Of a stretch of DNA of 64,000 bases, positions 1-11,334 are shown one piece after another (position 1 is the stretch's first letter; every line of letters starts with the position of its first letter). This DNA comes from Macrostomum hystrix (lineage: Eukaryota > Animalia > Platyhelminthes): NCBI GenBank assembly GCA_950097015.1, contig CATNEN010000011.1, positions 5,580,001 to 5,644,000 of the forward strand, written 5' to 3'. Below the pieces are notes generated by a model that had not been told where the DNA came from, searched no databases, and was given only the letters and a program-made list of their open reading frames with translations. The translations under genes and the position numbers were made by a program.

Positions 1-2509
1 TGCGAGTTCCTTTTAATGTTTACCTGTTCTCATTACATAAAGCTCGGTTACTTCAACTTGATGTGGAGTGTGCTGCTGGAATCGAGTGGGAATGTGAGCC
101 AGCATAATTTTTCAAATTTTTAAGTGCCTAATAATTGCGACCCACATAGCAGCTGGCCGCAAACACGATCATTAATCTTAGGGCCGGGTTTTGGGCGGCG
201 GTGAATTAAGTAGCCGTCGAATCCCTTCTCCCTGGATCTGTCTAGACCCCTGTAGGAATGACTGATCGCGGCCATAGCTTTTATTGTATGAGTAGTTTAG
301 CTCATAATTCCCCTCCAAACCGCGATCAGATATAGGGGATCACTCGGGCGTTATGAGTGATCATTAATTCTTCATGTCCCCACTTCTTTACAGTATTCGA
401 GCCTAGCTCGACTTTATGACCTCCCTCCTTTAGATACATGTAAATGTCACTGTAGGCAGGTCGGCGCCTGCGCTTCCCATTGTCCTGGCGGAGTAACAAT
501 CATTGGCCGACTGCCGACGGCTGTTCGAGCAGAACATCTGTCGTTTCTCGCCGCCGGTTCGTTGGGCAATTGGGGCGGCAATCGCCGCTTCAATTCCTCG
601 ATGACAGGCTGGCGCGAATGTGGGTTGCTTTGATGGATGTCGGGGTTGGCGTGCTGCAGGACTATTTAAGAAAGCGCGCTGCGCTGCTCCCTCTAGGACC
701 TTTTTCTCCCGCCGGCTCTTCCCCTTCTCCCCTGCCGGACTTACTTTTGCCGGGCCGGACTCCCACCGGACCCAGAGCACCTTTCCGGACCCACGTAGGG
801 CATAGACCCCTGAGCCTTGAGCTCCGAGCAGATAGTGCAGGCCAATTGCCTGCTTCCATCCCCTAAGCGCAAGCCACCTCTTTAGGTGAGCTCCAAATTG
901 AGCCTCTGAGCTCCCAGTGTGTTGGCCCCTGCCAACTCGCAGAAGTTTCCTCCCTCTGCCTTACTGTCTTGCCCATCCTTTCTCCCCGAGAACAACGGGA
1001 CTGCAGCACGCGGCCAAACGAGATCCAGCTAAGTAATCCGCGCAGCGGTTTATTATTGTTAATCCTAAGGGACATTTTACTTTTAGTTAGGCGGCATTTA
1101 GTGGGAGGGGAGTTAGGGAAGTTTTCAGCCTAATAAAACCACTTAATCTAAAGCACCTTTAACTTATTGGGCTAATTTTTAACATCAACCTAATTTTTAC
1201 TATGTCTCCTTTTCACCTTTATTTTCTCATTAGACAGCCCTCTACCATGAGTGGCTAATCTATTAGGGGAATGGGTTCTGGCACAGCCGAGCTGAAAGCT
1301 GCGGCAGGAAGGCAATTGTAAGCGCGCATGAGAGTAATATGGAGCTAGGGATTTGTAAGTAAATGCGGAGGGTAGCATGTGCATTTCCTTTCCAGGGGGT
1401 TGGGGGAATCCTTGGCCGGTTTTCCTTCTCCCTCTTGGGTGGGTTCAAGGTACGTGTCGAGCTCCCTTTCCAATGGAGTTTTCCCGCTGTCCCCCTTTCG
1501 CACCTGCGGCCACGGGAACGAGAGTGATGTTCAATTAATCTCACGCTTGCATAATCACTCAGCCAGTGTTCAGCTTAACCTCTCCTGCCTCTGATTTCCT
1601 CAACTCACACAGACTCGGATTGCTAGTTATCTAATGTGTAGGCTGCAGTCTAATGTACCGAATGTGTCTGATGTTTCATGAGTAGGATTCTGGCTATGGG
1701 TTTCTTTTTCGGGTTCTGAGTACCACCTTTCTAGACCACTGTAGCGCAAATTCAGGAATCCCCTGGTGAGGCGTGTCTCGATCCATTCTGGGGTCTTCAC
1801 CCTAGTCTAAAACGGAAGTTACAGAAGGCTCTATTTTTTCGGCTTGTCGAAGATCTGCGTGACAAACTAGGAGCCGCGAGCTCCGGGGACCCAAGTTCCC
1901 AAATGTCTGCGGTGGCCACGTAGGCGCATTGGGTGGTGGCGCTACCCTAGATCATTTTCCGCTTTGCCGATAGCCTTTCCGCATTTCTAAGACAAGAGCC
2001 TAGGCCGAGTCGACCACTGCTACCGAGTTTAGGGGTCAGTTACGAACATGCTACTGATGACAGTAGGCTGCATAGCCCTGTCCTATCCGTCTGCGGGTAG
2101 TCCGACATCTATTTAGACTTTTAGCCGGTTTCGAGCACTGCTTGGGGTAGGCACGGCAGTCATGCCTGTGGCCTATGGGTTGAGTGGGACTGGCCAGCCT
2201 GAGGCCGAGAGGACCACTCCCTGCATCCACTGTCTCTCCCTTCATCTCTCCCTTCATCCCTCTTTCCGCGGCAACTCGCGAGACTTTGCGGTACGACGTC
2301 TGACTCTATCGCCATCCCCACACTCCTTTCCTTCACGAGGACAGATCATCGGATTGCAAACCCGCAGCTATTTCAAACTACAAAATCTAGATTTTACATG
2401 CGCAAATATAATTTTCACTGGGATATTTCAATTCGTAAATTCGTTCTCACAAAGATTTCCTAATTCGCACGTACATTCAGTTCTATGGGGCTCCTTGTAA
2501 GTACATTCA

Positions 2510-2800
2510 TTTGCCCAGTGCGATTTCATTTTACTGGGTTTTCCCGATACGTACATAAATTTCTAAAGGGATTCCCCATACGTACATTTATTTATAAATG
2601 GGGTTCCCCATAAGTATATAAATTTCTAAATGGATTTTTGCCACAAGTAAATTAATTTCTAAAAGCGATTTCCCCAAACGTACATAAACTTCCGATTGGG
2701 ATTTCCCCAGACGTAAATAGACGTAAATAGATGGTTTCCCATTTCTAAATGGGGTTTCCCCATAGGTGCATTTTATTCTTACTGGGATTTCCCTTGAGTG
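2510..2800. repeat. Degenerate minisatellite (TTCCCCA.ACGTACAT..AAATTTCTAAA motif) downstream of the CAP gene
   Basis: Recurring ccccatacgtacat / aatttctaaa blocks. Confidence 0.6.
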
Positions 2801-2891
2801 CATATGTTAACGTAAACAGTTTTATTCTCTTTTCTTATCTGTGTCTCAGCTGTCTCAGCTGCTTTGACGCGGTCCGTATATCACCTCCGCC

Positions 2892-5800
2892 TTAATCATC
2901 AAGGACTCTAAGCAGCAGGCAAGCCAGAGTTGTCAGCATGACAGCCAGCAGGCCGTTGAATAGGCTATTGAAACCTCCGCCACCGCTGTTGCCTCCGCCG
3001 CTGCCGCCGCCACCGCTGCCGCCACCGCCGCTGCCGCCGCCACCGCTGCCGCCACCGCCGCTGCCGCCACCGCCGCTGCCGCCACCACCGCCTGTGCTGA
3101 TGATTGTGCCAAATTGGACATCTGCGACAGACTTGTAGCTGCTGGCGCTGCTGATGCTGACACTGCAGCAGCTGGCAAGACTGCTGGAGATGGTGCTGTT
3201 GGCCGAGTTGATGGTGCCGCTGAGTACAGTCATTGACACGCTGGTTGTGGTCACCACTGAATCATTTTTCGTTGTAAAGTCAACGTAAGGTATCCAGAAT
3301 TAGCCAATTATCCTAAAATTTTCCTTAGATTCTAAACTATCCTCAGATCCGACATTATTCTCAGATGCCAATTTTCCTCTGATCCCTAAATATCCTCAGA
3401 TCCTAAATTATCTACAGATCCTAAATTATACTCAGATCCTAAATTGTCCTCAGATCCTAAATTGTCCCCAGATCCTAAATTATCTACAGATCCTAAATTG
3501 TCCTCAGATCCTAAATTATCTACAGATAATAAATTGTCCCCCAGATCCTAAATTATCATCAGATCCTAAATTATCTCCATCAGAGATCCCACACTCACCC
3601 GCTCGCCTCCGTCTGCGGCCCGGGCTGGCGGGGTTGCAGAGCGCGTTGTCGGATTTGGACGAAGCATAGACAGCCACTCCCAGGTCGCCAGTCGAGTTCA
3701 ACGACACCGAGAAGTCCACATAGCGCATGTCGCCGACAGCCAGAAGGTCGCCCGTGGCGCCGCCAGGTGGCGCGGTTGCTCCCGCGCCGCAGCACTCGGC
3801 GAACTTCCCGACGCTGCGGCAGTAGGAGTTGACGGCGCTGACTAGGGTGGACTGAAGCACCGGCCACACCTGACTGGCGAACTGCGGGGGAAGATCAGGC
3901 CGAGATGTATCAAAAATTGTAAAATTATCCTCAATGGGAAATGTGACTAGCAGGAGAGCTGCGGGCAATGGCGCATCGTTTGATGACACTAGACCCGCAG
4001 CCAGTGGGGAGGCAACGGCGCTCATTCAGCTGACTCCTAAGCACATACTCGCACAGGGGGCGTGTACATCTCCCCTGACTTTCTCATCGTCCGGAAGAGT
4101 ACACTCTCACTGTGCCTGCTTATAATTGTAGTCAGCAACAATAAAGCTAGCCGCTCACAGTCAGTGGTGTGGCGGGCACACTCGTGCACTTTCCATTGCT
4201 GCAGAAGGTGTCTCTGCTCTGCAGTGTCAGGTAGATGGCTCCGTTGTAGGCCTCGCCAGACAGCTGGCACTGGGGCCCAGTGAAATTACCGACGCAGCTG
4301 CAGTTGCAGGTTGAGCTGCCGTTATTCTCGATGCCACCGTTCTGGCAGGGAGTGTTGACCTGCGTGCAGCGGCTGCACTTCGGCTCTGGTGCGCTTGAGC
4401 TTCGGGCTGGAATTGAAGGTATGCTCAGACTCGAACTCAATGCTCGTTTGTATCATCCCAGTCCATTTCTGATCCCTTCATTTCTGATCCCTTCATTTCT
4501 CATCCCTTCATTTCTCTTCCCTAAATTTCTTGACCCTACATTTCCTGACCCTACATTTCTCATCCCTTCAATTCTCATCCCTTCATTTCTCATCCCTTCC
4601 ATTCTAACCCTTTCAATTCTCATCCCTTCATTTCTCATCCCTTCCATTCTAACCCTTTCAATTCTCATCCCTTCATTTCTCATCCCTTCCATTCTAACCC
4701 TTTCAATTCTCATCCCTTCATTTCTCATCCCTTCCATTCTAACCCTTTCAATTCTCATCCCTTCATTTCTCATCCCTTCCATTCTAACCCTTTCAATTCT
4801 CATCCCTTCCATTCTAACCCTTTCAATTCTCATCCCTTCATTTCTCATCCCTTCCATTCTAACCCTTTCAATTCTCATCCCTTCATTTCTCATCCCTTCC
4901 ATTCTAACCCTTTCAATTCTCATCCCTTCATTTCTCATCCCTTCCATTCTAACCCTTTCAAATCTCATCCCTTCATTTCTCATCCCTTCATTTCTCTTCC
5001 CTAAATTTCTTGACCCTACATTTCCTGACCCTACATTTCTCATCCCTTCCATTCTAACCCTTTCAATTCTCATCCCTACATTTCTCATCCCTTCTATTCT
5101 AACCCTTTCAATTCTCATCCCTTCATTTCTTATCCCTACATTTCCCATCCCTACATTTCCCATCCCTACATTTCTTATCCGTACATTTCCCATCCATTTA
5201 TTTCCCATCGCTTATTTTCTCATTCATGTGTTCCTCATATTTCACTTGCTTAATTAATCCCTCTATTTTTCATTTATTTCTCCCAAAGAATAATCTAACA
5301 CCCACTGGAACAGTCCCAGCCGCTGAAGCCGCTTTGACAGGTGCACATGCACAGCGAGGGCTCCAGTCCGATCAGCTCAAGTCGGGTGCCGCAGTTTTTG
5401 CATTGCAGCGAACAAGCTGTCAATCATTTTGGGGGGGGCATTGGTTCGTTAAATTTAAACAGTCTTGATTTTTCTTCAAATTTGAAACTATTAATAAAGT
5501 GGGGGCAACTCACTGACTGTTTTGTTCTTGTTATTAACCAAATCGTCCCGCACGGTTCCGTTGATGCAGAGTCCTTCGTAGCAGAATCCGCCGCCAAGGC
5601 ACGATGAACAGCTCGGCCCGGCTGTGTAGGGCGGCGAGGGCGCCCTTTGATGTTGGATAGAAGCGGATATAGTCGTGGATATGGATGGATAGTCGTGGAT
5701 ATGGATGGATAGTCGTGGATATAGATGGATAGGTGTGGATAAAGATGGATAGGTGTGGATATAGATGGATAGGTGTGGATATAGATGGATAGGTGTGGAT

Positions 5801-8800
5801 AAAGATGGATAGGTGTGGATATAGATGGATAGGTGTGGATATAGATGGATAGGTGTGGATATAGATGGATAGGTGTGGATATAGATGGATAGGTGTGGAT
5901 ATAAATGGATAGGTGTGGATATAGATGGATAGGTGTGGATATAGATGGATAGGTGTGGATATAGATGGATAGGTGTGGATAAAGATGGATAGGTGTGGAT
6001 ATAGATGGGTAGGTGTGGATATAGATGGATAGGTGTGGATATAGATGGATAGGTGTGGATATAGATGGATAGGTGTGGATATAGATGGATAGGTGTGGAT
6101 ATAGATGGATAGGTGTGGATATAGATGGATAGGTGTGGATATAGATGGATAGGTGTGGATATAGATGGATAGGTGTGGATATAGATGGATAGGTGTGGAT
6201 ATAGATGGATAGGTGTGGATATAGATGGATAGGTGTGGATATAGATGGATAGGTGTGGATATAGATGGGTAGGTGTGGATATAGATGGATAGGTGTGGAT
6301 ATAGATGGATAGGTGTGGATATAGATGGATAGGTGTGGATATAGATGGATAGGTGTGGATATAGATGGATAGGTGTGGATATAGATGGATAGGTGTGGAT
6401 ATAGATGGATAGGTGTGGATATAGATGGATAGGTGTGGATATAGATGGGTAGGTGTGGATATAGATGGATAGGTGTGGATATAGATGGATAGGTGTGGAT
6501 ATAGATGGGTAGGTGTGGATATAGATGGATAGGTGTGGATATAGATGGATAGGTGTGGATATAGATGGATAGGTGTGGATATAGATGGATAGGTGTGGAT
6601 AAAGATGGATAGGTGTGGATATAGATGGGTAGGTGTGGATATAGATGGATAGGTGTGGATAAAGATGGATAGGTCTGGATATAGATGGGTAGGTGTGGAT
6701 ATAGATGGATAGGTGTGGATATAGATGGGTAGGTGTGGATATAGATGGATAGGTGTGGATAAAGATGGATAGGTCTGGATATAGATGGGTAGGTGTGGAT
6801 ATAGATGGATAGGTGTGGATATAGATGGATAGGTGTGGATATAGATGGATAGGTGTGGATATAGATGGATAGGTGTGGATATAGATGGATAGGTGTGGAT
6901 ATAGATGGGTAGGTGTGGATATAGATGGATAGGTGTGGATAAAGATGGATAGGTCTGGATATAGATGGGTAGGTGTGGATATAGATGGATAGGTGTGGAT
7001 ATAGATGGATAGGTCTGGATATAGATGGATAGGTGTGGATATAGATGGGTAGGTGTGGATATAGATGGATAGGTGTGGATATAGATGGATAGGTGTGGAT
7101 ATAGATGGATAGGTGTGGATATAGATGGATAGGTGTGGATAAAGATGGATAGGTGTGGATATAGATGGGTAGGTGTGGATATAGATGGATAGGTGTGGAT
7201 AAAGATGGATAGGTCTGGATATAGATGGGTAGGTGTGGATATAGATGGATAGGTGTGGATATAGATGGGTAGGTGTGGATATAGATGGATAGGTGTGGAT
7301 AAAGATGGATAGGTCTGGATATAGATGGGTAGGTGTGGATATAGATGGATAGGTGTGGATATAGATGGATAGGTCTGGATATAGATGGATAGGTCTGGAT
7401 ATAGATGGATAGGTCTGGATATAGATGGATAGGTGTGGATATAGATGGGTAGGTGTGGATATAGATGGATAGGTGTGGATAAAGATGGATAGGTCTGGAT
7501 ATAGATGGGTAGGTGTGGATATAGATGGATAGGTGTGGATATAGATGGATAGGTCTGGATATAGATGGATAGGTCTGGATATAGATGGATAGGTGTGGAT
7601 ATAGATTGGTAGCAAATAACGGAGATGAATTGCCCATCCCACTGAAGGGGATAATAATGCGTTAAAGAACGGAAATTGATAAAAATGAAAAGTGAGCATC
7701 GATTAAGCAATCATGCGCCCTCACGTCTTGTCGTACTCGCAGACAAAAAGATTTCCAGCGCCGCACGCTGCGATGGCGCAGCCGACCTCCCTCACGTTGG
7801 AGCCGACTAGCTGGGTGTAATGACCGCAGACAACAAAATTGAACACATTCGGCCTGTTGCACTGATTTGTAGTGAAATTGTAGGCCAGGTGCTCCATATA
7901 GAACAGGGTGACCATGTCTGAGGTGTTGGTCCTGCCGCCCAGGTACAAATTCTCGCCGAGGCCGGTGTATTCGCCGCCGTAGTTGTGCTCAAATACGCAT
8001 CGATTAGCTGCTGCCTGGGCCAGGCGTTCCAGGCGGGTGTTCCATGTCTGCGGACAGGATTTGGCGTTGAGCTTGACTGTGCTCAATCCGCGATTAGGGA
8101 TTAGGAATTGGGATTAAGGATTATCGGTTAGGAATATGGATTATGGATAAAGGATTAGGGTTTGGATTATAATTATGGGATTTTGAATATTAACTATTTA
8201 TTAAGGATTGAGGATTAGTGTTCGGGGATTGGGGTAAATGAATTGGGTTCTATGACCTGTATACTATAAGGTTTTCGTGAGTGTCAGATCGGTCTATTTA
8301 AGGGGGCGCTGCCGCGGAGGGACGAACATTCAAGGCGCGGTGAAAGTGTTCACTGCCTGACAATGAGAAAGAAAGGACAGATGTACACACCTGTGTGTGC
8401 GTGTGTGCTCTGCTCAGGAGTCAGCGAAATGGGCAGAACTGCCTCCTCGCTGGCTGCTGATCTAGTGTCACCAAATTTGATTGATTAGTAAACGGAGATG
8501 AGAGAACTGAAGTACTCAGGCAAGCTAGCTTACAAGATAGTTCATGTTTCCACCAGTGGGATAGACCGAGGTCCTGAGTCGGTTGTGAGTGTTGAGTGTT
8601 TCAACTTTCTGCTCAGGCGTGAGCACAAGACAGTCAGCTAGATTCATTAGGCTGGACAGGAGAAGCAGACAGACCGGGAATCGAACACAGGACCTCAGCC
8701 TGTTGTCCTCGTTGGACCTATAAAAAAGGAAATTGTAAAAACAAAGGTTGTGTTTCATGTTCTCAAAAAATTTTGAGAAAATAGGGACTTTTTAAACTTA

Positions 8801-8803
8801 CAT
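2892..8803 (-). CDS. CAP/SCP (CRISP/GLIPR-like) protein with 2 EGF-like domains, furin site, Gly-Ser linker and C-terminal GPI/TM anchor; 548 aa; exons 8803-8802, 8717-8534, 8047-7725, 5644-5514, 5416-5306, 4406-4159, 3881-3599, 3256-2892
   Basis: Signal peptide (VCLLLLSSLMNLADC). CAP motifs HNRLR, NMNYL|TWNTRLE, GENL, GHYTQLV, VGCA, LFVCEY and the hinge PYTAGPSCSSC. EGF-like CKNC..CTCQSGFSGWDC and CQNGG..CSCVGNFTGPQC. All seven introns are GT-AG with matching phases; total 1647 nt. Confidence 0.9.
2973..3092 (-). repeat. Coding 15-bp repeat encoding G(GGGGS)6-GGGNS-GGGG
   Basis: Direct translation of the last CAP exon. Confidence 0.9.
3320..3585. repeat. 19-bp intronic minisatellite (AGATCCTAAATTATCTAC-like), CAP intron 7
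   Basis: Tandem copies beginning just after the donor. Confidence 0.85.
3950..4125 (-). mobile_element. SINE family A, 3' part, in CAP intron 6
   Basis: Shares GACACTAGACCCGCAGCC, CTGACTTTCTCATC and CTGCGGGCAATGGC blocks with copies at 8.4, 9.5, 24.1, 43.6 and 44.0 kb. Confidence 0.75.
4465..5220. repeat. 15-bp intronic minisatellite (TTTCTCATCCCTTCA) with 45-bp higher-order unit, CAP intron 5
   Basis: Visible tandem array; lies between phase-compatible exons. Confidence 0.95.
5665..7610. repeat. 20-bp intronic minisatellite (GGATATAGATGGATAGGTGT), about 97 copies, CAP intron 3
   Basis: Highly homogeneous array; a variant block at 6601-6800 recurs 540 bp later. Confidence 0.98.
8090..8235. 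repeat. Degenerate GGATTA-rich short repeat, CAP intron 2
   Basis: Repeated ggatta/ggattg. Confidence 0.6.
8340..8480 (+). mobile_element. SINE family A, 3' part, CAP intron 2
   Basis: GATGTACACACCTGTG..CTCAGGAGTCAGCG..TCTAGTGTCACC matches other copies. Confidence 0.7.
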
Positions 8804-8849
8804 TTTAACTTCGGAAATTTTCAAAATGGATTTTCAGGAACACTCGACA

Positions 8850-9020
8850 AGACGCGCGCGCGCTAAGCATTTGAGGTCATTTCGTCGTCTCGCAAGCCCA
8901 ATTTATCAGCGATCAGGTCTGGAGGGCGGTGTGAAAAAAAACGCGCTGGGTGGCGGGCATGCGTGGGAAGGGTTTGAGGCGGGCGTTGCCATGGTAACAA
9001 GATTCGCGTCGCGTAAAGAA
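8850..9020 (-). promoter_or_regulatory. CpG/GC-box-rich proximal promoter region of the CAP gene
   Basis: GGGCGG/GGCGGG boxes and CGCG runs 50-220 nt upstream of the split ATG. Confidence 0.55.
8985..8998. promoter_or_regulatory. RFX X-box GTTGCCATGGTAAC
   Basis: Exact match to the RFX consensus GTNRCC(N0-3)RGYAAC, about 185 nt upstream of the start codon. Confidence 0.7.
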
Positions 9021-9250
9021 TGAAAAAATAAAATTGTCAGACAATTTTTCTGGCCAATAAGAAGCCGGTGGTGAGGAAGAGAGGATGAGAAAACAAGCCG
9101 CCATTGTCCTTCGTGACTGATTGTGTCTCACCAAACTCTGACTTTTAATTCATCAAAATCTGTCTTGCTGAAAAACTTGCTGCATAAATTTTCTAGGCCA
9201 ATTATTTTTCATAAACATGAAAAAAAACATAAGGTTTTATTTTTGTATGC

Positions 9251-9470
9251 GCGGCGCATCTGAAGGCTGCGTACGACTGTTCAGTCCATGGACTGGGGGG
9301 ACGCCACACCCACCCTCAATTACCCCTAGCTGATGCTGGCACGCATTCAACAGCTGGTTGAACTGAAGCAACGCAGAATTAAGTGCCGTGCTAAAGGATA
9401 CAACTTGTTCCAGTGGAGTCAGGAATCGAACCCATGATATTTAAGTTTTAATTACGATGCCTTAACCACA
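9251..9470 (-). mobile_element. SINE family B (short form), tRNA-like head
   Basis: B-box GGTTCGATTCC on the minus strand; tail CCAGTCCATGGACTGAACAG..CCTTCAGATGCGCCGC shared with 11.3-11.8 and 50.7 kb copies. Confidence 0.75.
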
Positions 9471-9508
9471 AGGGCAAATAATATTCCTCAGAGAGCTGTG
9501 GACACTGG

Positions 9509-9742
9509 CACTAGACCCGCAGCCAGCGAGGAGGCGAATCTGCCCATTCCGCTGACTCCTGAGTTCGTCTGCCCTAACTTTCTCACCATCAGGCTGAACA
9601 CTCTCACTGTACCTTGGCCCTTAAGGTTCTTAATTGGACGACAAGCCCCCAAGCCTTCTCTCTGCGGCTGCGCCCTAAATGAATGTGGCCTCGCTGCGGA
9701 ATCGAGCTCTTGACCTTTGTGCGAGAGGCAAACGCGTTGACT
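9509..9742 (-). mobile_element. SINE family A, near full length
   Basis: Head AACGCGTTTGCCTCTCGC..GAGCTCGATTCCGC (tRNA A/B-box-like) plus the shared body. Confidence 0.75.
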
Positions 9743-10311
9743 GTATAATTACGAGCATAAAGCTTAAGAAAATTTTGTTTTTTTAAACAGACAGAAAAAC
9801 AGCACCAGCCTTCCCCATTCCCCTGTCACACTCACTTGTCAAGTGGATGATTAAATGCTTGTCTGTCAGTGGTGCGGTGTCAGCAACTAATGTTCTAGCT
9901 GTAGTCTGGCATGTTGGTGAGAGTGTACTTGGATGCGGTGTTACATCCACCCCAGTTTTGGCAATAAATATACAGGCGTCAATTTGTTACTTTTTGCAGC
10001 TCAACCCACAGTCACCTGCAGGCCTGTCTCGCGCCATGGCGCCATGGCGCCGTCCTGACAGCCACAATACTAGACATTTTTGATAGTCGCCAACTGACAA
10101 TGGAAAGCTAGTGTAGTAGTCGATGCGACTGCAACAGTCGCAATAAACAGGGTGTTTTCATTGAAGTGAAAACTGACAGAGTAAAAAAAAAGAAGTACAG
10201 TTGGCATTTTTGATATGCTTTAGTTATTTTTGTTAATCCGTTAGAAACTCATTTTCTCCTCGCGATAGAGTTTTTTACAAAACTTAAGTTTGCTAATTCG
10301 TTAAAAATGAT

Positions 10312-11095
10312 TAAACTGTTTACCGCGGATTAAACTGTTTACCGCGGATTAAACTGTTTACCGCGGATTAAAATGTTTACCGCAGATTAAACTGTTTACC
10401 GCAGATTAAGCTGTTTACCGCGGATTAAACTGTGGACCGCAGATTAAACTGTTTACCGCAGATTAAACTGTTTATCGCGATTTAAACTGTGGACCGCAGA
10501 TTAAACTCTTTACCGCAGATTAAACTTTTTACCGCAGATTAAACTGTTTACCGCAGATTAAACTGTTTACCGTGGATTAAACTGTTTACCGCGGATTAAA
10601 CTGTTTACCGCGGATTAAAACGCGGATTAAACTGTTTACCGCGGATTAAACTGTTTACCGCGGATTAAGCAGTTTACCGCGGATTAAACTGTGGACCGCA
10701 GATTAAACTCTTTACCGCAGATTAAACTGTTTACCGCAGATTAAACTTTTTACCGCAGATTAAACTGTTTACCGTGGATTAAACTGTTTACCGCGGATTA
10801 AACTGTTTACCGCGGATTAAACTGTGAACCGCAGATTAAACTGTTTACCGTGGATTAAACTGTTTACCGCGGATTAAACTGTTTACCGCGGATTAAACTG
10901 TGAACCGCAGATTAAACTGTTTACCGCGGATTAAACAGTTTACCGCGGATTAAACTGTTTACCGCGGATTAAACTGTTTACCGCGGATTAAACTGTTTAC
11001 CGCGGATTAAACTGTTTATCGCGGATTAAACTGTTTACCGCGGATTAAACTGTTTACCGCGGATTAAACTGTTTACCGCGGATTAAAACGCGGAT
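10312..11095. repeat. 19-bp minisatellite (GGATTAAACTGTTTACCGC), about 41 copies
   Basis: Tandem array. Confidence 0.97.
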
Positions 11096-11334
11096 CGAAC
11101 AGTTGTACAGTGTTTGTTAAAAAATGACATCAGCTCAGAAGCATTTTAAACAGGAAAAATTATTAACTTAATTGATTGTTTTGAATATTGAATGACATTT
11201 GATTGACAGCCAGTTGGCAAACTGACACTGCTGTAATCCTCAGTTAATGGCCGAAAGAAGTTTGAAGCTTTGCACTAATTAGAGCCACATAACTATTGGT
11301 GGGTAAAAATGAATTTATTGCTATTTACATTCCT

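Noticed and set aside
2051-2100. Hammerhead ribozyme core CTGATGA
   Set aside because: No GAAA after a stem II and no compatible stems I/III
2973-3092. Vector or synthetic contamination because of (G4S)n
   Set aside because: Embedded in a spliced exon continuous with native stalk and anchor sequence; no tags or vector parts nearby
4280-5257. 325-aa and 251-aa ORFs (LIPSF / NEGMR repeats)
   Set aside because: Translations of an intronic 15-bp satellite between phase-matched CAP exons
5424-7710. Three ~730-aa minus-strand ORFs (IHLYPHLS..)
   Set aside because: The 20-bp unit has no stop in any minus frame; it lies in CAP intron 3, and exon 3 hits TGA if unspliced
8525-8758. ATG 8758 (MKHNLCF..) as the main CAP start
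   Set aside because: It lies in a T-rich segment ending in a canonical acceptor; the AT|G splice gives a cleaner model (kept only as a retained-intron alternative)
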